A stretch of DNA of 64,000 bases. Source: Eledone cirrhosa (taxonomy: Eukaryota). Below, in pieces: positions 41,866-56,706 of the stretch. The notes under the pieces are model-generated. The model saw only the letters and a list, made by a program, of their open reading frames with translations, did no database searches and was not told where the DNA came from. Made by a program: the position numbers and the translations under genes. Positions within the stretch are counted from its first letter, which is position 1, and each line of letters starts with the position of its first letter. The stretch is taken from the NCBI GenBank assembly GCA_964016885.1, contig OZ024749.1, forward strand, positions 55,180,001 to 55,244,000. Direction: 5' to 3'.

Positions 41866-43793
41866 CTTTTATTATTTATTATTTTTATATTTTGTTTTTC
41901 TCCTTTGTTGATCTTGTATCGTACATTTTCTTTCAACAGTTTTTTTATTGATGCTGTGGTGGGCACGGATGGAGAGGGACTGCCTTTTTTTTTTAAGGGT
42001 TGAACCCAGTTTCCCTCGGTAATGCTGTAGTGAAACTCAGTAAATTAGGTTATATTTTATCACATTGATGTTCCAGTTGGTTTTGCTGGAAAGAATTCTA
42101 TCCAAGGTGATTGTATTTGTCTATTATTATTTCCCAATGTTGGCTGTTCTTTAGTTTGGAGAAGAAGAACAAGTCTTTCTCTTCATCCCTGTTTATTGAT
42201 TCTCTTACAGCCTCTTGTAATATTCTGGTTATTATTCCTCCCTCGTTGTTACCTCTGCTTATTCGTTTCTGCTATATGGAGGGTATATTCTTCTTATGAC
42301 TTGGTATTCGAGCGGTTGATTCTATTAGGTCTTGTGTGCTCATTATTCTTGTATTTGGTTACTGGTTTCAGCCATTGGACTACAGGTATCTAGGAGTATC
42401 GCTCCTCAAAGCTTCAGTTGACCATATCGACCCCAATCTTATTATTTTAAACGTGGGTCTGTGAAAAACACGAACTCATGACCGGAGAAAAATATATAAA
42501 TAATACGAACGAGTTTATTTCAATATGAATAGCTAGAATCTATTTTATGGTGTTTCCCCCTAAGCCATCTTTTTTATTTCTATATACTATGTTATTGCTC
42601 TAAACATGAATGTATGTTCATATTTCTTGAGCGCCTTTCTTAAAATGCTTCCATGCAAAAATGTTTTCGGTTTGCTTGCATAGGACGAACAGAAAGCTGC
42701 ATGTCTGCCTCGCCAGCCACTTTGCTTGAGTACAGTTTCACACATTGCGGTATTGCATTTGTGATGCTATTTTGTGCAACAGATTAGAACAGAACTCTGT
42801 TGGCAGGATACGTCAGACGATAACAAAACAAAGAATGGGCAGATAAATTTACTGAAATATATATGCTAGCTTCTAGTTAGCAAAGCGGCGGCGAGCAACT
42901 AAAAAGAAACTTTCTTCTTCTTCTTCTTCTTCTTCTTCTTCTTCTTCTTCTTCTTCTTCTTCTTCTTCTTCTTCTTCTTCTTCTTCTTCTTCTTCTTCTT
43001 CTTGAGTGGTAGGAAGTACAGCTGCAGTGGTCAGTGTAGGAGAGGTGTGTGTGTGTGTCTGTTCTACCATGAATGCAGGGTCGCTGCAAGTGTAACAGTG
43101 CATCACATTAGTAATTACAAAGCTATCAACAGTGAAGTTCTGTGTCGGAAGTACAAAGAAGTTATTGCACCGGAGAATTCCGCTGGCGGGAAAAATTTGA
43201 GCTAACAACCGAACAAGCCTTGCTTGGCATATATCCAGAGGATATCAGCCAGATATATATCTGTTGGAACGTGTAAATCTTGATACGAAACCTCACAACA
43301 GTATACCCCCTCTCTCTCTTCTTTCTTCTCCCTTCTCTCTTCTTTTCACACTTCACTCACTTGTCTACCATTCTACTCAATTTCTCTTCAATAGTTTATC
43401 TATAGATCTATCTATCTATCTATTTATCTATCTATCTATATAACTATCTATCTATCTATTTACCAATCTATCTGTCTGTCTATCTATCTCGTTATTTCAA
43501 TTTTAGTGGGTTTGGTGTATTTAGTGCAGAAACCTTTTAAATGAAGCATGTGTGTTTGAGTGTGTGTAACTATAGATAAGTATCAATGCGTATAACTCTA
43601 CGAATGCCTATACGTAAATCTATGTGTATATCGATGAGTATATCTATGTGTATATCTATGTCCATATGTATATATATATATATATATGTATATATCTATG
43701 TATATATCTATGTAAGCATATGCTTACTGGTCGGCGGAGAGAATAACACGTATGACTGGTAACATATCAATGGATATTTACATCTCGTTTGTA

Positions 43794-43868
43794 GTTTTGT
43801 CTGAAGAGAACACGTAAGGCAGTTGTTATACAACTTCCTTACGTCTTTGAAATACGTATAACAAAATA
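43794..43868 (+). ncRNA. Type-I hammerhead ribozyme motif with long stem II and palindromic stem III
   Basis: gttttgt-CTGAAGA-gaacacgtaaggcagttg ttata caacttccttacgtcttt-GAAA-tacgta-TA-acaaaat; within insert of about 43725-44005. Confidence 0.8.
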
Positions 43869-44234
43869 AATAGGAATGTACAAATGAAACCGTCTTTCTC
43901 GTTTATTATTATAATTAAACTCCGAACGAACAAAAATCGTGGAGTGCTTTATATCTGTTACGAAAGAGTCGGCAGATTTTCAATCAACCAGCTTTCTTCA
44001 ATTGAATATATATCTATGTGTATATTTATGTTTGTGTATATTTATAAGTATATCTATGTAAATCTATATGTATATATATATGCGTATATATATATATATG
44101 CGTATATCTATGTGCGTATATGTATATCTATGTGAGTATATTTATCTCTCTCTCTATATATATATATATGTGTGTGTGTATCTATGTGTGTATATGTATA
44201 TCTATGTGAGTATATTTAGGTGTGTATATATTTG

Positions 44235-44271
<37 letters not shown>

Positions 44272-44535
44272 ATGTATATCTATGTATATGTTGTGTTCAG
44301 TTACAGTCGATAGTCACGCTATGTTAAAGCGGTTTGTCTCTCCTGACTTGTAGTCTAATTAATTATACTTCTAAATTTGTCATAGAGGGGACAAATTGTA
44401 TTATTTTGGGAACCAGCCTCCAGTGACTGAAGGGAGTCGGTGTGTCGGGTTCGGGGCCGGGGCTCGTACCGAGAGCCACCAATATATTTCTATGTGAGGT
44501 TTATAAACTGTTTCATTATCGCACTATTTTCAGCT

Positions 44536-44885
44536 TGTTGTTGTTGTTACTGTTGGTGTTACTGTAGTTGTTGTTGTTGTTGTTGTTGAACTGTTGTTAC
44601 TGTTGTTGTTGTTACTGTTGGTGTTACTGTAGTTGTTGTTGTTGTTGTTGAACTGTTGTTACTGTTGTTGTTGTTACTGTTGGTGTTACTGTAGTTGTTG
44701 TTGTTGTTGAACTGTTGTTACTGTTGTTGTTGTTACTGTTGGTGTTACTGTTGGTGTTACTGTAGTTGTTGTTGTTGTTGTTGTTGAACTGTTGTTGTTG
44801 TTGTTACTGTTGGTGTTACTGTAGTTGTTGTTGTTGTTGTTGTTGTTGAACTGTTGTTACTGTTGTTGTTGTTGTTGTTGTTGTT
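44536..44885. repeat. About 55-65-bp GTT-rich minisatellite, about 5-6 units
   Basis: 'gttactgttggtgttactgtagttgttgtt..gaactgtt' repeated. Confidence 0.9.
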
Positions 44886-45981
44886 TGGGTCAGTTTAGGC
44901 CAAGGATTAAACATTATACCGACAATGTTAATATCGTTGTTGTTTATCACAATATTACTACAAGGGTCATCTCCACAATCCTCTCTCCTCACTCTCACCA
45001 TACTATCTCTCTCTTTCTTCTATTCATTCTCTCCCTCTTACTTTCTCTCTTCCTACCTCTTGCTCTCTTTGTCTCTCCCTCCCTCCCTCTCATCCTTACT
45101 CACTCTCTATCTCTCTCTGTCTCTTTCTTACTCTGTCTCCTCTTCTTTCCCTCCCCCTCTCTTCAATTCTTTCTCTCCTTCTTACTCTATCTTTCTCTTC
45201 TATCCACTCTCTCCCTCTCCCCCACACTAAGCCCTCCCCTCTCTCTCCACCACCACCACCACCCTCACCATCACCACCACCACCACCACCAACACCATCA
45301 CCACCACCATCACTACCACCACCACCACCACCAACAACACCATCACCACCACCATCACTATCACCACCACCACCACCACCACCACCACCATCACCACCAC
45401 CATCACTACCACCACCACCACCACCACCACCACCACACCATACATCACTACTAAGCTCCAGAGAACCAGAATTTATAGTTTAGTCTAAGAAGTCTGATTA
45501 TTAATGAGAGATATTGCTGACAAACAACACTTGCATTTCTTTTTTCTTTTCTTTTTCTTTATAACTTCTTGTTTATTGCTGTTGTTGTTGTTGGTTCTGT
45601 CATCCATATTGATTATTGAAAATACAAAAAAAAAGACATGTTTGTTTTTGTTTTCGTTTTTTTTTATTTTGTTTTGTTCATATCTTTGTTTGTGGACTAT
45701 TCTCTTGTTAAAATACGAATTTGTAATGTGTGCGGCTTTGTCGTTGTTGTTGTTGTTGCTGTTATTGTTGTTGTTGTTGTTGTTGTTGTTTTCGTTGTTT
45801 TCGTTGTTTTAAAAAAATATATCTTCGACCAGTTGTGAAATAATTTTGCGATTAAGAGCACGAAGAATGAGAGATAGAATAAGAGAGAGGGAGTGAGTGA
45901 GATAAGAGAGAGAGTGAGAGAGAGAGAGTGGCAGTCGAAAGCAGAGAAACACACACATACACACACACACATATATATATT

Positions 45982-46195
45982 CGTTTTATTAAAGCTAAAC
46001 AGTGGGTGTTGTGACTGTAGTTTCACCAGCTTCTCACAGGTTCATCTGTCAAGTCTGATGAACCTGTGAGAAGCAACTGAAACTCCGAGTAACGAGACTC
46101 ACTATTTAGCCATAATAAAATGTTTTAACACTACTTCTGTATTGAGTACTATTTTCGTCGTTACACGTGTTTCTCCAGTCACCGTCTAACAACTA
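45982..46195 (+). mobile_element. Fold-back element, family C, with decayed hammerhead motif and 3' tail
   Basis: Imperfect inverted repeat 45982-46046 / 46057-46122; CTGATGA at 46055, GAAACtccgaGTA at 46079; homolog at 49908-50043. Confidence 0.7.
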
Positions 46196-46685
46196 CCCAC
46201 AATTACATAACGAATATACAACGTTAGAGTTCCACTCCTTAGGCCATGTCTTACGAGTACAAACATCAACTGCTATATCTGTGTGTGTCTTTGTGTGTCT
46301 GTGTCTCTGTGTGTTTGTCTGTGTGTGCATGTTTGTGAGGCTGCGTGTATATATCGGTGTGTGTGTGTGTCTCTGTGTGTCTGTGTGTGTGTGTCTGTGT
46401 GTGTATGTCTGTGAGGCTGCGTGTATATATCGCTGTGTGTGTGTGTGTGTGTGTATTTCTGTGAGGCTGCGTGTATATATCGGTGTGTGTGTGTGTGTGT
46501 GTGTATTTCTGTGTGGTTGCATGTATATATCGGCATGTGTATGTATCTGTGTGTTTGCCAATGTGTATGTGTCTGTGTGTACGCCTCTGTGTGTCTGTGT
46601 GTCTGTGTGTGTGTTCCTTCTTAAGACAGTATGATATTGGTAGTTGTGTTAGTGGAATTACTCGGACTATTTCTGGTACCTCAGT

Positions 46686-46762
<77 letters not shown>

Positions 46763-47041
46763 TTTCTCGAGAAAATAGCGGCTTTCCTTTTGCATCTATT
46801 CCTGATTTCTTTTCTCTCTTTTATTTTGTTTAGTTTGTTGTAGTTGCTGCTGCTGTTGTTGTTGTTTTTTGTCTCTCTCTCTCTCTCTCTCTCTCCCTCT
46901 CTCTCTTTATTCACTTCCGTGTTTTGAAAGAATGTTTCGACATTTTTGACAAACGAATGCGGCCCATGACAATGGCCTTACCAAATAAATAAATAAATAA
47001 AAGCTGACCACTTTATTCTGTTCTCAGAGAATTTCACAAAA

Positions 47042-47114
<73 letters not shown>

Positions 47115-47227
47115 CATAGCAATGAAAGAAACAACAACAACAAAACCTGATCTGAGCAATGTCAACAAGAAACGAAAGGAAACACACAAAGTGATGCCTC
47201 TCATAGTTCAGAAGTAATAATAATAAT

Positions 47228-47258
<31 letters not shown>

Positions 47259-47526
47259 AAGAAATTAATTAATTAAACCACCTGGGATTTCACTAGATTT
47301 TTTTTTGTCTGTTTATATTTTTTCTGTGCTGTGAGAATTTGTTTAGGTCGATGAATGTGCCGAGGTGTAGGGCCTCCTCTCCGTGCTATTTCCGTCCCTA
47401 ACAAAAGCAATCAATGTTGATATGTTGACTTCTGTAGGTCGATAAATCTCTTATATAGCAACAGCTACTTGGCAAAAGACATCAAAACACTTCTCTAATT
47501 CCCCAATTACTCTCATTTTGAACTTT

Positions 47527-47558
47527 TATATATATATATATATATGTAAATATATATG

Positions 47559-47589
<31 letters not shown>

Positions 47590-47888
47590 GTATATATATA
47601 TATATATGTATATATGTATATGTATATATGTATATGTATATATGTATATATATGTATATGTATACATATATGTATATATATATGTATACATATATGTATA
47701 TATATATGTATATATATGTGTATATATATGTATATATATATGTATATATATGTATATATATATGTATATATATGTATATATATATGTGTATATATATATA
47801 TATGTGTGTATATGTATATATATGTATATATATATATATGTGTATATATATATATGTGTGTATATATATATATGTGTGTATATATATG

Positions 47889-47937
<49 letters not shown>

Positions 47938-47950
47938 GTATATATATATG

Positions 47951-47983
<33 letters not shown>

Positions 47984-47988
47984 GTATA

Positions 47989-48057
<69 letters not shown>

Positions 48058-48096
48058 GTATATATATATATGTATATATATATGTATATATATATG

Positions 48097-48127
<31 letters not shown>

Positions 48128-48581
48128 GTATATATATATGTGTATATATATATGTATATATATATGTATATATATATATATATGTATATATATATGTGTA
48201 TATATATATGTATATATATATGTATGTATATATATATGTATATATATATGTATGTATATATATATGTATGTATATATATATGTATATATATATGTATGTA
48301 TATATATATGTATATATATATGTATATATATATGTATGTATATATATATGTATATATATATGTATGTATATATATATGTATGTATATATATATGTATGTA
48401 TATATGTATGTATATATATATGTATGTATATATATATGTATGTATATATATATGTATGTATATATATATGTATGTATATATATATGTATGTATATATATA
48501 TTTATATGTATATATATGTATATATATGTATGTATGTATATGTATATGTATGTATATGTATATATATGTATATGTATATGT

Positions 48582-48631
<50 letters not shown>

Positions 48632-48657
48632 GTATGTATATGTATGTATATATGTGT

Positions 48658-48705
<48 letters not shown>

Positions 48706-49150
48706 GTATGTATATGTATGTATATATGTATATATATATGTATATATATGTATGTATATATATGTATTTATATATATATGTATATATATGTATGTATATA
48801 TATGTATTTATATATATATGTCTATATATATATGTATGTATATATGTATATATATATATGTATATATATGTATATATATGTATGTATATATATGTATATA
48901 TGTATATGTATGTATATATATTTGTATATATATTTGTATATATGTATATATATGTATATATATATATATGTATATTTGTATATATATTTGTATATATATG
49001 TATATGTATGTATATGTATATGTATGTATATATATATATGTATATATATGTATGTATATATGTATATATATTTGTATATATATTTGTATATATGTATATA
49101 TATATGTATATATATATATGCATATATTTATATACATATATATACATAAA
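47527..49150. repeat. About 1.6 kb (TA)n/(TG) alternating purine-pyrimidine tract
   Basis: Directly visible; source of the more than 500-aa Y/I/V ORFs. Confidence 0.97.
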
Positions 49151-49247
49151 TATTCTGTAATTCTGTAATCTTTATCTCTCCTTCTCTCTCTCTCTCACAC
49201 ACACACACTGATACACACACACACACATACACATACACACGCACGCA

Positions 49248-49301
<54 letters not shown>

Positions 49302-49589
49302 TTATGTCTATTTCTCATTCTCTTTATTTCTTTCCGCCTCTTCGAAAATGTCTTCTTTCTGAATGCATCACAAATGTTTTTTTCCTCTATTTACAGCCGT
49401 TGTTTATTCTCCTTGTTCTTATTGCCCTCCTTTTATAGAATGACTGAATGAATGAATGAAAGTACAGAGAGAAAGAAAGAGAGAATGAGTGGATGAAAGA
49501 AAGAAAAAGAAAGAAACAAAAGTATTAAAATATTCCAAAGTCCTTTATTTATGACTCTTAGTTTCTTTATTTCTTTCCCTCGCTATATT

Positions 49590-49762
49590 TTGGAAGTATC
49601 GGTAGAGTATCAGACACCATGCTTTGCAGCGTAGAGTTATGGTCCTTTACGTCCTGAGTTCAAATCCGCCGAGGTTAGTCTTACCTTTCATCCTTACGGG
49701 ATCGGTAAAATAAAGTACCACTGGGGCAACTGCTGGCCTTGTGCCACAAGTAGAAACGTTAT
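49590..49762 (+). mobile_element. SINE S1
   Basis: B-box, core and tail. Confidence 0.85.
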
Positions 49763-49907
49763 ATTTTCAATCTTCCTTTGTTTTGTTTTTTTCATTTAAA
49801 TTCATTCTTTTACTTCTCCTTCTCACTTTTTCTGTTTATCTCTTTTTCTTTTTCATCTTCTTCTTCGTCTATTTCTTCTTCAGCTTCTTCGTCTTTTTGT
49901 TCTTCGT

Positions 49908-50043
49908 TTTCCTCCCGATAAACCTGTGACAAACAAGGCGAAACTCCGGTGTAAAAGGACTCACTATTTACCCTCAATAGATTAAATACATGTGTAAACT
50001 CTACTTCGGTATTGAGTACTCTTTTCTCTCAGCCATCAACTAT
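49908..50043 (+). mobile_element. Family C copy with mutated hammerhead core
   Basis: cct-cccgataa-acctgtgacaaacaaggc-GAAACtccggtGTA-aaagg, then 'actcactattta..gtattgagtact'. Confidence 0.65.
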
Positions 50044-50095
50044 ATACGGATAAACATATATATATATATGTGTGTGTGTTTGTGTGTATCCATCC

Positions 50096-50173
<78 letters not shown>

Positions 50174-50317
50174 ATTATCTCTTTGTCTCGTCTCTCTGCA
50201 TCTCAACATCTCTTGAGGGACTTAAGAATGTTCGATAAACAATCACAACACGAACATTTCTGATGATAGACAGAGCAATCGAAGACTCCTCCCAAAGATG
50301 TATACATACATACATAC

Positions 50318-50412
<95 letters not shown>

Positions 50413-50858
50413 GGAAAAGCGGAAGTAATGTTTATCACTATTAATCATTTCGTACAGATCATGTCATTTATAATATCACAACACTTCGATTATCCTCTGC
50501 ACCACCCCCACCAGCACCACCAACAACACCACCACCACCATCAACAACAACAACACCACCACCACCACAGACCACCACGCAATACTATATTCAAGATATT
50601 GATATTATAATAATGATTATAGTAAAGTCTTGTGGGGGAAGATCTGAATATTTCGAGCTAACTAAATCTATCAATACCAGTTTGTTTCTATTTACACAAT
50701 TAAGTGAGATGGTGAAGAGCAGTACCTATGACCTCTACAGGGCCCCTCTGACTGATGGATGGAAGAAAGGGAGGATATCTCCATGCGAGATAGCTGCTTC
50801 GACTTAAAACTCTCTTACATCTCATTGTTTTTCCCCTCCTTTTTATCACATGAACTCT

Positions 50859-51080
50859 AGTGGGGTGGTATCTGGTACTCTCTGTGGCTTAACGATAATA
50901 AAACCGTGTATAAGTCTCGGCATGACGAGCCTCCGGGTTTGAGACAGACTTTAAATCTGCATTGGACTAGCGTCATGTCCAGTGGAGTGGTGTCTTGTAC
51001 TCCCTGTGGCTTAACGCCACTAAAACCGTGTATAAACCACGTTATGGTGAACCTCCGGGCTTGAGTCAGGGTTTAGAATT
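50859..51080. repeat. Diverged tandem duplication, period about 122 bp
   Basis: 'agtgg.gtggt.tct.gtactc.ctgtggcttaacg...taaaaccgtgtataa..cctccggg.ttgag.cag' occurs twice. Confidence 0.85.
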
Positions 51081-51440
51081 AGACTTTAATTGATACCGTA
51101 GCTCAGAAGAATGAAATGTAAAGTTATTTTCGACAGTTTTTGAATGAAAAGCTATATAGAACTATATAGCACAAGACATTTTCATCGACGCTCTAACGAT
51201 TCTATCTATCCTTTCACATACAGTATTGAGAAGCTTACCACTTGGCACTTCTCACATGGCTAGCTCTTTATTCTTTATTTTTCGATAGTCAGAAGAACAG
51301 CTATTTACTATTTTAAAAATGTATATATATATATATATATATATGTTTGTGTGTGAGTGTGTTTATGTAGATATCTAGATATATATGTAGGTATATACTA
51401 TACACAGATACACATACAAACATGCACATATATATGTATG

Positions 51441-51481
<41 letters not shown>

Positions 51482-51546
51482 CTTGGTATATGGATATATT
51501 TCTATATATATATTTACATGTACTTAGAATACACACACACATAAGA

Positions 51547-51626
<80 letters not shown>

Positions 51627-51869
51627 CATATTTACATGTCCTTGCTGAATATATATATATATAATAAAACTGTTGGCGAAGAAAGAGCAATGTTATTGGC
51701 TGAACAAGAATGTCACTTACAGTTGCGTTCATCTGCGACTTAGCCTTCTCTCCTGCTAGGCTCAATTATAAAATGGACTCCATTTAAACGAGGTTAGGTT
51801 GCAACGACAAATGCAGGGTTTAACTTATCGACGACAAATAGATGAAAGGAATAAATATGGGAACTACGT

Positions 51870-52520
51870 AGTGAGTGTGTGAGTGAGAGAGAGAGAGTGC
51901 GTGTGTGTGTGTGTGAGAGAGTCCGTGTGTGAGAGTGAGAGAGTGTGTGTGTGTGTGAGAGTCCGTGTGTAAGAGTGAGAGAGTGTGTGTGTGAGAGTCT
52001 GTGTGTGAGAGTGAGAGAGTGTGTGTGTGTGAGAGTCCGTGTGTGAGAGTGAGAGAGTGTGTGTGTGTGAGAGTCCGTGTGTGAGAGTGAGAGAGTGTGT
52101 GTGTGTGAGAGTCCGTGTGTGAGAGTGAGAGAGTGTGTGAGAGTGAGAATGAGAGAAGAAAGAGAGAGAGAGAGAGTATTTGAGCGAGAGAGAGTGAGAG
52201 AGAGTGTGTGTGTGAGAAAGAGAGAGAGTGTGTGTGGGTGAGCGTGTGTGAGCGAGAGAGAGAGAGATTGTGTATGTGTGTGAGAGAGAGAGTGGAGGAA
52301 TGATAGCGGGAACAAGAGAGATAGTGTCTGTGATAGAGAGAGAGAGAGAGAGAGAGGGTGTGTGTGTATGTGTGTCTGTGTGTGTGAGAGTGAGAGAGAG
52401 AGTGTGTGTGTGAGAGAGAGAGAGAGAGATTGTGTGTGTGAGAGTGAGAGAGAGAGTGTGTGTAAGAGAGAGAGAGGTTGTGTGTGAGTGAGAGAGAGTG
52501 TGTGTGTGCGAGAGAGAGAG
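51870..52520. repeat. (GT)n/(GA)n compound repeat with about 38-40-bp units
   Basis: 'gagagtccgtgtgtgagagtgagagagtgtgtgt' repeated. Confidence 0.9.
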
Positions 52521-53027
52521 TGGAAGAGGGTGTAGGGAGAAGTTGTATGGAGGTTAGGGTGGGGAACAAAGAGAAACACGACCGACCAAGTCTAAATTGA
52601 TGTATAACTTCACACACATACATACACTTATAAACATACACATACACATACATACGCATACATACTTACACACACATACACCTACAAACACATACATACA
52701 TACTTACACATGCATGTGTGCGTGTATGTATGTATATGGGTGTGTAAGCGTTTGTATTTTATAAGTGTATGTATGTGCGCATATGCATGTATGTGTCTGT
52801 GTTTATATGTATGTGTATATGTATAAGTGTATGTGTGTATATAAATGTGTGTATATGTATGTGTGTATATGTATATGTGTAGATGTATGTGTGTAGATGT
52901 ATGTGTGTAGATGTATGTGTGTATATATGTATGTATATGTGTATATATATATGTATGTATATATGTGTATATGTGTATATGTATGAGTGTATGTGTGTAT
53001 ATATATATAAGAAGACGAAGTAGTAGA

Positions 53028-53063
<36 letters not shown>

Positions 53064-53072
53064 GGTAGTAGC

Positions 53073-53118
<46 letters not shown>

Positions 53119-53289
53119 CCTTGTAAGCAATCATCGTGGAATCAAGCAAATTTAAACTCCAGCAAATCCTATGGAATATACATTACTTTCAGCTAACAAT
53201 CTCCTCTGATAGCCTGTGTGGAGTCGTGGGTGCTTGTATATATGTGTGTGTACGGAGACGGGGTATTGTATATGTATGTGTCTCTCTAG

Positions 53290-53359
<70 letters not shown>

Positions 53360-53424
53360 GTAGACCACGTACGAGTGTGTGTGTGGATTATTTCACCTCA
53401 AGCAGTGGACGCTAAACGTGCATT

Positions 53425-53466
<42 letters not shown>

Positions 53467-54803
53467 CCTCTCTCTGTCCCTATCTCTCTCTCTCTTTCTC
53501 CCTCTCTCTGTCCCTATCTCTCTCTCTCTTTTTCCCTCTCTCTGTCCCTATCTCTCTCTCATTTCTCTCTATCTCTTTTTCATCTCTTCTCTCTTTCTCT
53601 CCATACTTTCTCACTCTCTCTGTATCTTTCTCGCTCTCACAGACACACACACACTCTCTCTCTCTCTCTCTATTCGGTAAATCTGTATTAATTCCAGCTA
53701 ACAGTTGACTGCAAATGCGCATTAGTGCAGTTATATCAACACGCGATAAATATGCATTATTCCACCGTTAACATTTACAATTTATATATACATTATCGTC
53801 TTGCCTTCATTGAAATCGAGTGGGTAAAAAGACGCTGGCTGGCAAACCCCATGGTGATGCTTCATGAATATTCATATAAAACAGATGCAGTCCTAATTAT
53901 GATGGAATAGAATGCAGATATAGAGCTGTTTAGAGTAGAAAAGACGCATTGAGAGTCGAGTCGACCAGAGCAGAAACGGAAGTAAGCTATAGAATAGAGA
54001 ATGATAATAAAGGGAGAGAATTAAGAACCTTAAAATACAAACACAAAAATAAAATCTAAAATACACGAGTAAAAGTTTTCAGCAAAACTAAAAGGGGAAA
54101 AAAAATGGGGAGCTTATTTAAAACGAAGAATAGATGTAATAAAAAATTTAAAAAGAAATAAGAAAGAAAAATTGTAAATAAGTATGAGGAAAGCATGTAT
54201 TTTAAGTAAGTTTATTGCCACAAAGGAGCTGAAGAGTAAATGTGAAGCTGATTTATCACGGAATAAAAAAAAAATAGAAAACAAATAAATAAGGGGAAAA
54301 TAAGAAAAAAAAGGAAAAAAGAGAAAACAAGGAAAGAAAAATGTGTTAAAAATGAGGGTCTAACCGAAAATTTGAAATTTGACAAGTAATCAATGTTAAA
54401 ATAAGAAGATAAATAAATATATGAGATGTCGGCAAGGAAGTGGGGATTTCACTGATTCTTTCTTACAACAGAAGTTCACTTAATCTCGCTAGATTTAACA
54501 CAACGACTTGAATATTTCATGGCAGAAACTAAATTATTATTTGTGACAAGGTCCTAGGTGAATCTGTGATAAACATCCCATCATTGCAGACATAGGAAGA
54601 CGATAAAAAATATAACGACTCCACACAGTGAGGGAGAAAGGGTGGGGGTGGGGGGTAGACAGGGAGAGTAAGAGAGATAGGGGGAGAGGGGGGAGATAGA
54701 GAGACTCACACACGTACAAACCTGCCTGTATGATTGTTTTTATATATATGTCTATGTGTGTGTCTTTGTGCGTATGTGTGTACTATTTATGTATATGCAT
54801 GTG

Positions 54804-54836
<33 letters not shown>

Positions 54837-54949
54837 GCAGTCACGCATATATGTGTATATATATACTAGCGTGAGTGTGCGTATATATTTACATATATAT
54901 ATGAAAAGATACAGTCCCCTGACGGCTTAGCTCCGGTCGTTTCGACAGT

Positions 54950-54981
<32 letters not shown>

Positions 54982-55154
54982 CAGAGAGAGAGAGAGATAG
55001 AGTGAGAGAATTTTGTTATTTTCTCTCACGGAAAATACCGGAAGTTCACAGTTACTGTAAACCGAAGAATTACTAAACTTAATATATTTTTAGAAGACAT
55101 ATCGTACATATAAAACACTGTTACGATAAATTACAAACCATTCCCTTGAATATA

Positions 55155-55202
<48 letters not shown>

Positions 55203-56223
55203 CGTGTGTGGAGGGGTTGCGCGTGCGTGCAAGTGATTATAATGGAATATTCCACTATCGCTTTTGGTAAAATGGGAAAAGTGTAAAGCGCTGTTTGTAT
55301 CTCCATCTTGTTTGCATGTCCATAAACGCTTTTCGCCTGTAGAGAAACGATCGTAGATATTAAAATCGTGTGTGTGTGTGTGTAAAGATATATAGGAATT
55401 AGATTTTCAATATTGTACGATATGTCAGAAGAAACATTACATAATTTATAAAGAAAAACTACGTAAGCTCTGTGTGTGTGTGCACGTGTATGTGTGTGTG
55501 TGTATGTGTACGTGTGTGTGTGTGTATATGCAGATAATATGTATAGAAATATGTATATATTGAGTGTGAATGGTAGAGCAACGGAAGTTGATTCTAATTG
55601 CTAATTAGGAGCCTTTTTAGTGATATATTATTGGTTGTGACATCAACAGCGAGTGGAAACGTGAGCGGAATCCCAGAGAGAATCATACGTGTAGATGTTA
55701 TATTTACACAGATATGACTAACCTGCGTATAATATTAACGACGATTTCTTGCTGTATATATGTGTGTATTTGTGAGTGTTTGTGTGTTGGTGTGTGTGTG
55801 TGCTGGTATGTGTTTGTATGTGTGTTTGTATGTTTGTGTGTGCTGGTGTGTGTTTCTGTGTTGGTGTGTGTGTGTGAGTGTGTGTGCTGGTGTGTGTTTG
55901 TATGTGTGTTTGTATGTTTGTGTGTATAGATTTCTATCTATATACACACAATCACACTCCTACACACACACGCGCATATATAAATATAGGAAATGAGTGT
56001 GTGTGTGTATGTATATGTGTGTGTAAGTGTGTGTGTGTGTATGTGTGTGTATGTGTGTATGTGTATATGTGTATCAGTAGCATTAATACTGCTATATGTG
56101 TTGTTGTTGTTGTTGTTGTTGACTGCATATCTCTATATCTGGACCAATCCTCACAGATATCTATTACTCCACACATTGTTTATAATATATATATATTATA
56201 TAGATATATATATATATATATAT

Positions 56224-56259
<36 letters not shown>

Positions 56260-56366
56260 GTATATATATGTATGTATATATATATATATATGAGCCTATG
56301 TGTATATGTATAGCTATATGTTTGTGTATGTATGTATATATATATATATAATATATATATATATAT

Positions 56367-56571
56367 AAAACGAAGGAAATGTGGTAAGGAACCAGATGGA
56401 CCATAACGCACCAAAGTACTCAATACTTAGGGTAGTAGAGTGGGTAATAGGAACAATTAGGTCCCCGACGGCTGAGCTCAAGCCGTTTCGACGGGTAATT
56501 CTGGACTAAAAATCCAGAATTAGCCGTCGAAACGACTTAAGCTCAACCGTCGGGGTCCTACTTGTTCCTAT
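56367..56571 (-). mobile_element. Fold-back element, family B, in (TA)n
   Basis: Inverted repeat 56447-56505 / 56513-56571 plus an 80-nt one-sided tail; TA on both sides. Confidence 0.85.
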
Positions 56572-56670
56572 ATATATATATATATATATATATGAGACTA
56601 TATGTTTGTGTCTGTATATATATATATATATATACATACATACACACACATATATGTTTGTGTTTCTATA

Positions 56671-56706
<36 letters not shown>

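Noticed and set aside
42630-42760. Cys-rich minus-strand stretch faintly like a piggyBac C-terminal domain
   Set aside because: Needs frameshifts, and no TIR or catalytic region was seen
42873-43208. ORF with 'MHCYTCSD' resembling a Ly6/three-finger domain start
   Set aside because: No further cysteine pattern; it runs into CA and GAA repeats
44440-44490. Possible LTR primer-binding site (TGGTGGC.. on the minus strand)
   Set aside because: Only a short tRNA match, with no paired LTRs or gag/pol
47513-49168. Four ORFs longer than 500 aa
   Set aside because: Translations of (TA/TG)n, which lacks stop codons in most frames
50255-50300. CTGATGA followed by 'atcgaag'
   Set aside because: No GAAA or stem III and poor stems; isolated CTGANGA words at 4080, 8880, 38757 and 41653 were rejected for the same reason
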